DNA from: a bacterium
GTDB lineage: Bacteria > UBA8248
NCBI GenBank assembly: GCA_022828125.1
Contig: JAJEJD010000019.1
Span: 78,875 to 142,874 of the forward strand
Length of the DNA: 64,000 nucleotides
Direction: 5' to 3'
Shown here: one piece after another, positions 62,024-64,000 of the stretch
Numbering within the stretch: the stretch's first letter is position 1
How the letters are laid out: every line of letters begins with the position of its first letter
Notes under the pieces: generated by a model
Seen by the model: the letters and a program-made list of their open reading frames with translations, nothing else
Database searches by the model: none
Told to the model about the DNA's origin: nothing
Position numbers and translations under genes: made by a program

Positions 62024-63571
62024 TCAGGACACCTCTTCTCTCTGGCCCGCCATGAGCGCGCCTATCCGGTAGATGTCGTATTCAGGGCCGTCGAAAGCGC
62101 CCAGAATCTCGCCCGCATAGATGGCGACGATGCGGTCGCTCATCAGGCAGAGCTCGTCCAGGTCTTCCGATATCAGCAGCACGCCCGCCCCGCCCGCGCG
62201 AAGCTCGCGCAGCCGGCCGTGCACGAACGAGGCGGCCATGACGTCGAGCCCGCGCGTGGGGTTGTTCGCGATCATCACCTTCCCGCCCGTCTCGTGGGCG
62301 AGCATGACCGCGCGCGCCACGATGGTCTTCTGGATGTTCCCGCCCGAGAGGTGCGCGGCCGGCACGTGCTCGTTGCGCGCGAGGATGTTGAATTCCGCGA
62401 TGGCGTTCCTGCCGAGCTCATGAGCGGCCTCGCGCTCGAATACGCCGCGCCGCCTGAAGATGTGGGGATGGAGGCCCAGCACGAAGTTCTCGGCCAGGCT
62501 CAGGCCCGGCAGAATCCCCTCCTCTATCCTGTCCTGCGGCAGGAGGCTCATCCCCCGCGCGATGCGCCCGGCCACCGAGAGAGCGGAGACCTCCTCGCCG
62601 TCGATGTGGACCTCCCCTTCTTCCACCTCGATCAGGCCGGCCACCGCTTCCGCCAGCTCCTTCTGGCCGTTCCCCGAGATGCCCGCCATGCCGACGATGA
62701 GCCCCCGGGGGACGTCGAAGGCGACGCCGGTGAGCGGCACCCCCCACTTCGCCGACGTGCGCACCCCCCGCACCGAAAGCGCGGGCTCCCCCTCCCTGGC
62801 CACCGAGGGTCCGGTCGGCCGCTCGCCCTCGGGAGGCATGCCGCGCTCGCCCATCATCATCCGGACGAGTATTTCGCGGGTGGCTTCTTCTCTGGGGATG
62901 GTGTCTATCTTCCGCCCGCCGCGGAACACGGTGATGCGGTCGCAGTTGTCCAGCACCTCCTGGATCTTGTGCGTGATGAAGACGACCGTCAGCCCCCCCC
63001 TGGCGAAGGATTTCAGGATAGTGAACAGCCCGTCCACCTCGTGGGGGGTCAGCATGGTCGTCGGCTCGTCCAGGATCAGGATGTCCGCGCCGTGGTAGAG
63101 GGCCTTCAGTATCTCGACCTTCTGCTGGATGCCCGCGGGCAGGCTCTTCACCCCCTCATCGAGCGGGATGGAGAGGCCGTAATTCGCCGCGAGTTCCTCC
63201 ACGGAGCTGCGCCGGGCTTCGACGTCGAGCCGCCAGCGCGAGCCCTCGCGGCCCAGCAGGATGTTCTCGAGCGCGGTGAAGTTGCCGATCAGCTCCACGT
63301 GCTGGTGCACCATCCCGACGCCGACCGCGATCGCATCCTGGGGCGAGTGGATGTCCACCTCGCGCCCTTCGATCGCGATCTGTCCCTCATCCATGCGGTA
63401 GAGGCCGCTCAGGATGTTCATGAGCGTGGTCTTGCCCGCGCCGTTCTCGCCCAGGAGGGCGTGGATCTCCCCCTCCGCGGCCTCGAAGTCGACCGCGTCC
63501 AGGGCGCGGACTTCCCCGAAGGACTTGCTGACGCCGTACATCTCGACGCAAGCGGCGGTTTTTTCCGTCAT
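62024..63571 (-). CDS. ABC transporter ATP-binding protein with duplicated ABC domains (nucleoside/sugar type)
   Basis: Two ABC domains; the first has a canonical Walker A (GENGAGKTT), the second domain's P-loop is degenerate. LSGG signatures in both. Confidence 0.9.
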   Translation of the reverse strand: MTEKTAACVEMYGVSKSFGEVRALDAVDFEAAEGEIHALLGENGAGKTTLMNILSGLYRMDEGQIAIEGREVDIHSPQDAIAVGVGMVHQHVELIGNFTALENILLGREGSRWRLDVEARRSSVEELAANYGLSIPLDEGVKSLPAGIQQKVEILKALYHGADILILDEPTTMLTPHEVDGLFTILKSFARGGLTVVFITHKIQEVLDNCDRITVFRGGRKIDTIPREEATREILVRMMMGERGMPPEGERPTGPSVAREGEPALSVRGVRTSAKWGVPLTGVAFDVPRGLIVGMAGISGNGQKELAEAVAGLIEVEEGEVHIDGEEVSALSVAGRIARGMSLLPQDRIEEGILPGLSLAENFVLGLHPHIFRRRGVFEREAAHELGRNAIAEFNILARNEHVPAAHLSGGNIQKTIVARAVMLAHETGGKVMIANNPTRGLDVMAASFVHGRLRELRAGGAGVLLISEDLDELCLMSDRIVAIYAGEILGAFDGPEYDIYRIGALMAGQREEVS

Positions 63572-63628
63572 CGCTTTCTTCCGTTCTTGCGCCCCGCCCT
63601 CTTCGCGGCGGCGGGGCGCTCAGGTGCC

Positions 63629-64000
63629 CTATTTCGCCAGCATGACCTTCTTCATCTCCAGCCGGGGCTTGATCTTCCCGGCGCGTACTTTTTCATACGC
63701 CTCTTTGGTTCGCTTCATGGCCTCGGCCGATACGTTGCCCAGAGAGGTGATCTCGAATCCGACCCCGAGCTGCATGGGCACGTATCCCCCGGGCGATCCT
63801 TTCAGGATGCCCGCCAGGGCCTTGCGGTAGGGCGGCCTGAAATCGATGATCAGCGTGCCGGCGAAGTGCTTGGGCGCCTTGTCCGTCTTGTCGGTGTAGA
63901 AGGTGGTGACCAGCACCTTGCGCTTCGACTTCTTGGCGGCCTCGACGACGCCGTACACGCCCAGGTTCACCATGTTGATGATGAAGTCGACGCCGCCCGC
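63629..64000 (-). CDS. BMP-family (Med/PnrA-like) ABC substrate-binding lipoprotein, partial (N-terminus beyond window end)
   Basis: C-terminal region ...VLVTTFYTDKTDKAPKHFAGTLIIDFRPPYRKALAGILKGSPGGYVPMQLGVGFEI typical of BMP family. Confidence 0.7.
   Translation of the reverse strand, partial: AGGVDFIINMVNLGVYGVVEAAKKSKRKVLVTTFYTDKTDKAPKHFAGTLIIDFRPPYRKALAGILKGSPGGYVPMQLGVGFEITSLGNVSAEAMKRTKEAYEKVRAGKIKPRLEMKKVMLAK

Overview
This is high-GC bacterial DNA (about 65% GC; codon usage and gene content suggest a Deltaproteobacteria-like or similar environmental lineage). It holds a conserved core and several accessory zones.

Core (about 8.5-27.5 kb, all on the minus strand): pyrR-pyrB-pyrC-carA-carB pyrimidine operon, mfd, two SurA-like PPIases, rodZ, DAHP synthase, plus gdh, transaldolase and cca elsewhere.

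Accessory zones:
1. A toxin-antitoxin-rich stretch (HigA, ParD-like, ORF6N, later RelBE) encloses a sharply AT-rich 2-kb island (about 5.4-7.3 kb). The island carries a three-gene minus-strand operon: a HEPN-like protein, a small acidic protein, and a protein with a C-terminal PD-(D/E)xK Mrr-type nuclease domain. This is a candidate uncharacterised defence/abortive-infection module.
2. An operon of two acyl-CoA dehydrogenase paralogs, a UGSC-motif selenoprotein with an in-frame UGA (Sec), and an unknown 358-aa partner.
3. A CoxDEF-like metallocentre maturation cluster (MoxR AAA+, VWA, YqeC-like P-loop, XdhC, plus a possible YqeB-like protein) with no structural hydroxylase nearby.
4. A 12-kb repeat-dense zone (about 48.8-60.9 kb) with at least three families of palindromic MITE-like elements. 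One full-length copy carries a DUF559 endonuclease gene as cargo. The zone also holds two paralogous TbpB-like surface lipoproteins, a second pyrR paralog, a carbamate kinase and a barbiturase/AtzD-family amidohydrolase next to a BMP-family nucleoside ABC transporter.

A recurring ~200-bp AT-rich noncoding element with tandem CAAATGCGGG motifs occurs at three loci. All calls rest on reading the translations and DNA directly; no database searches were run.
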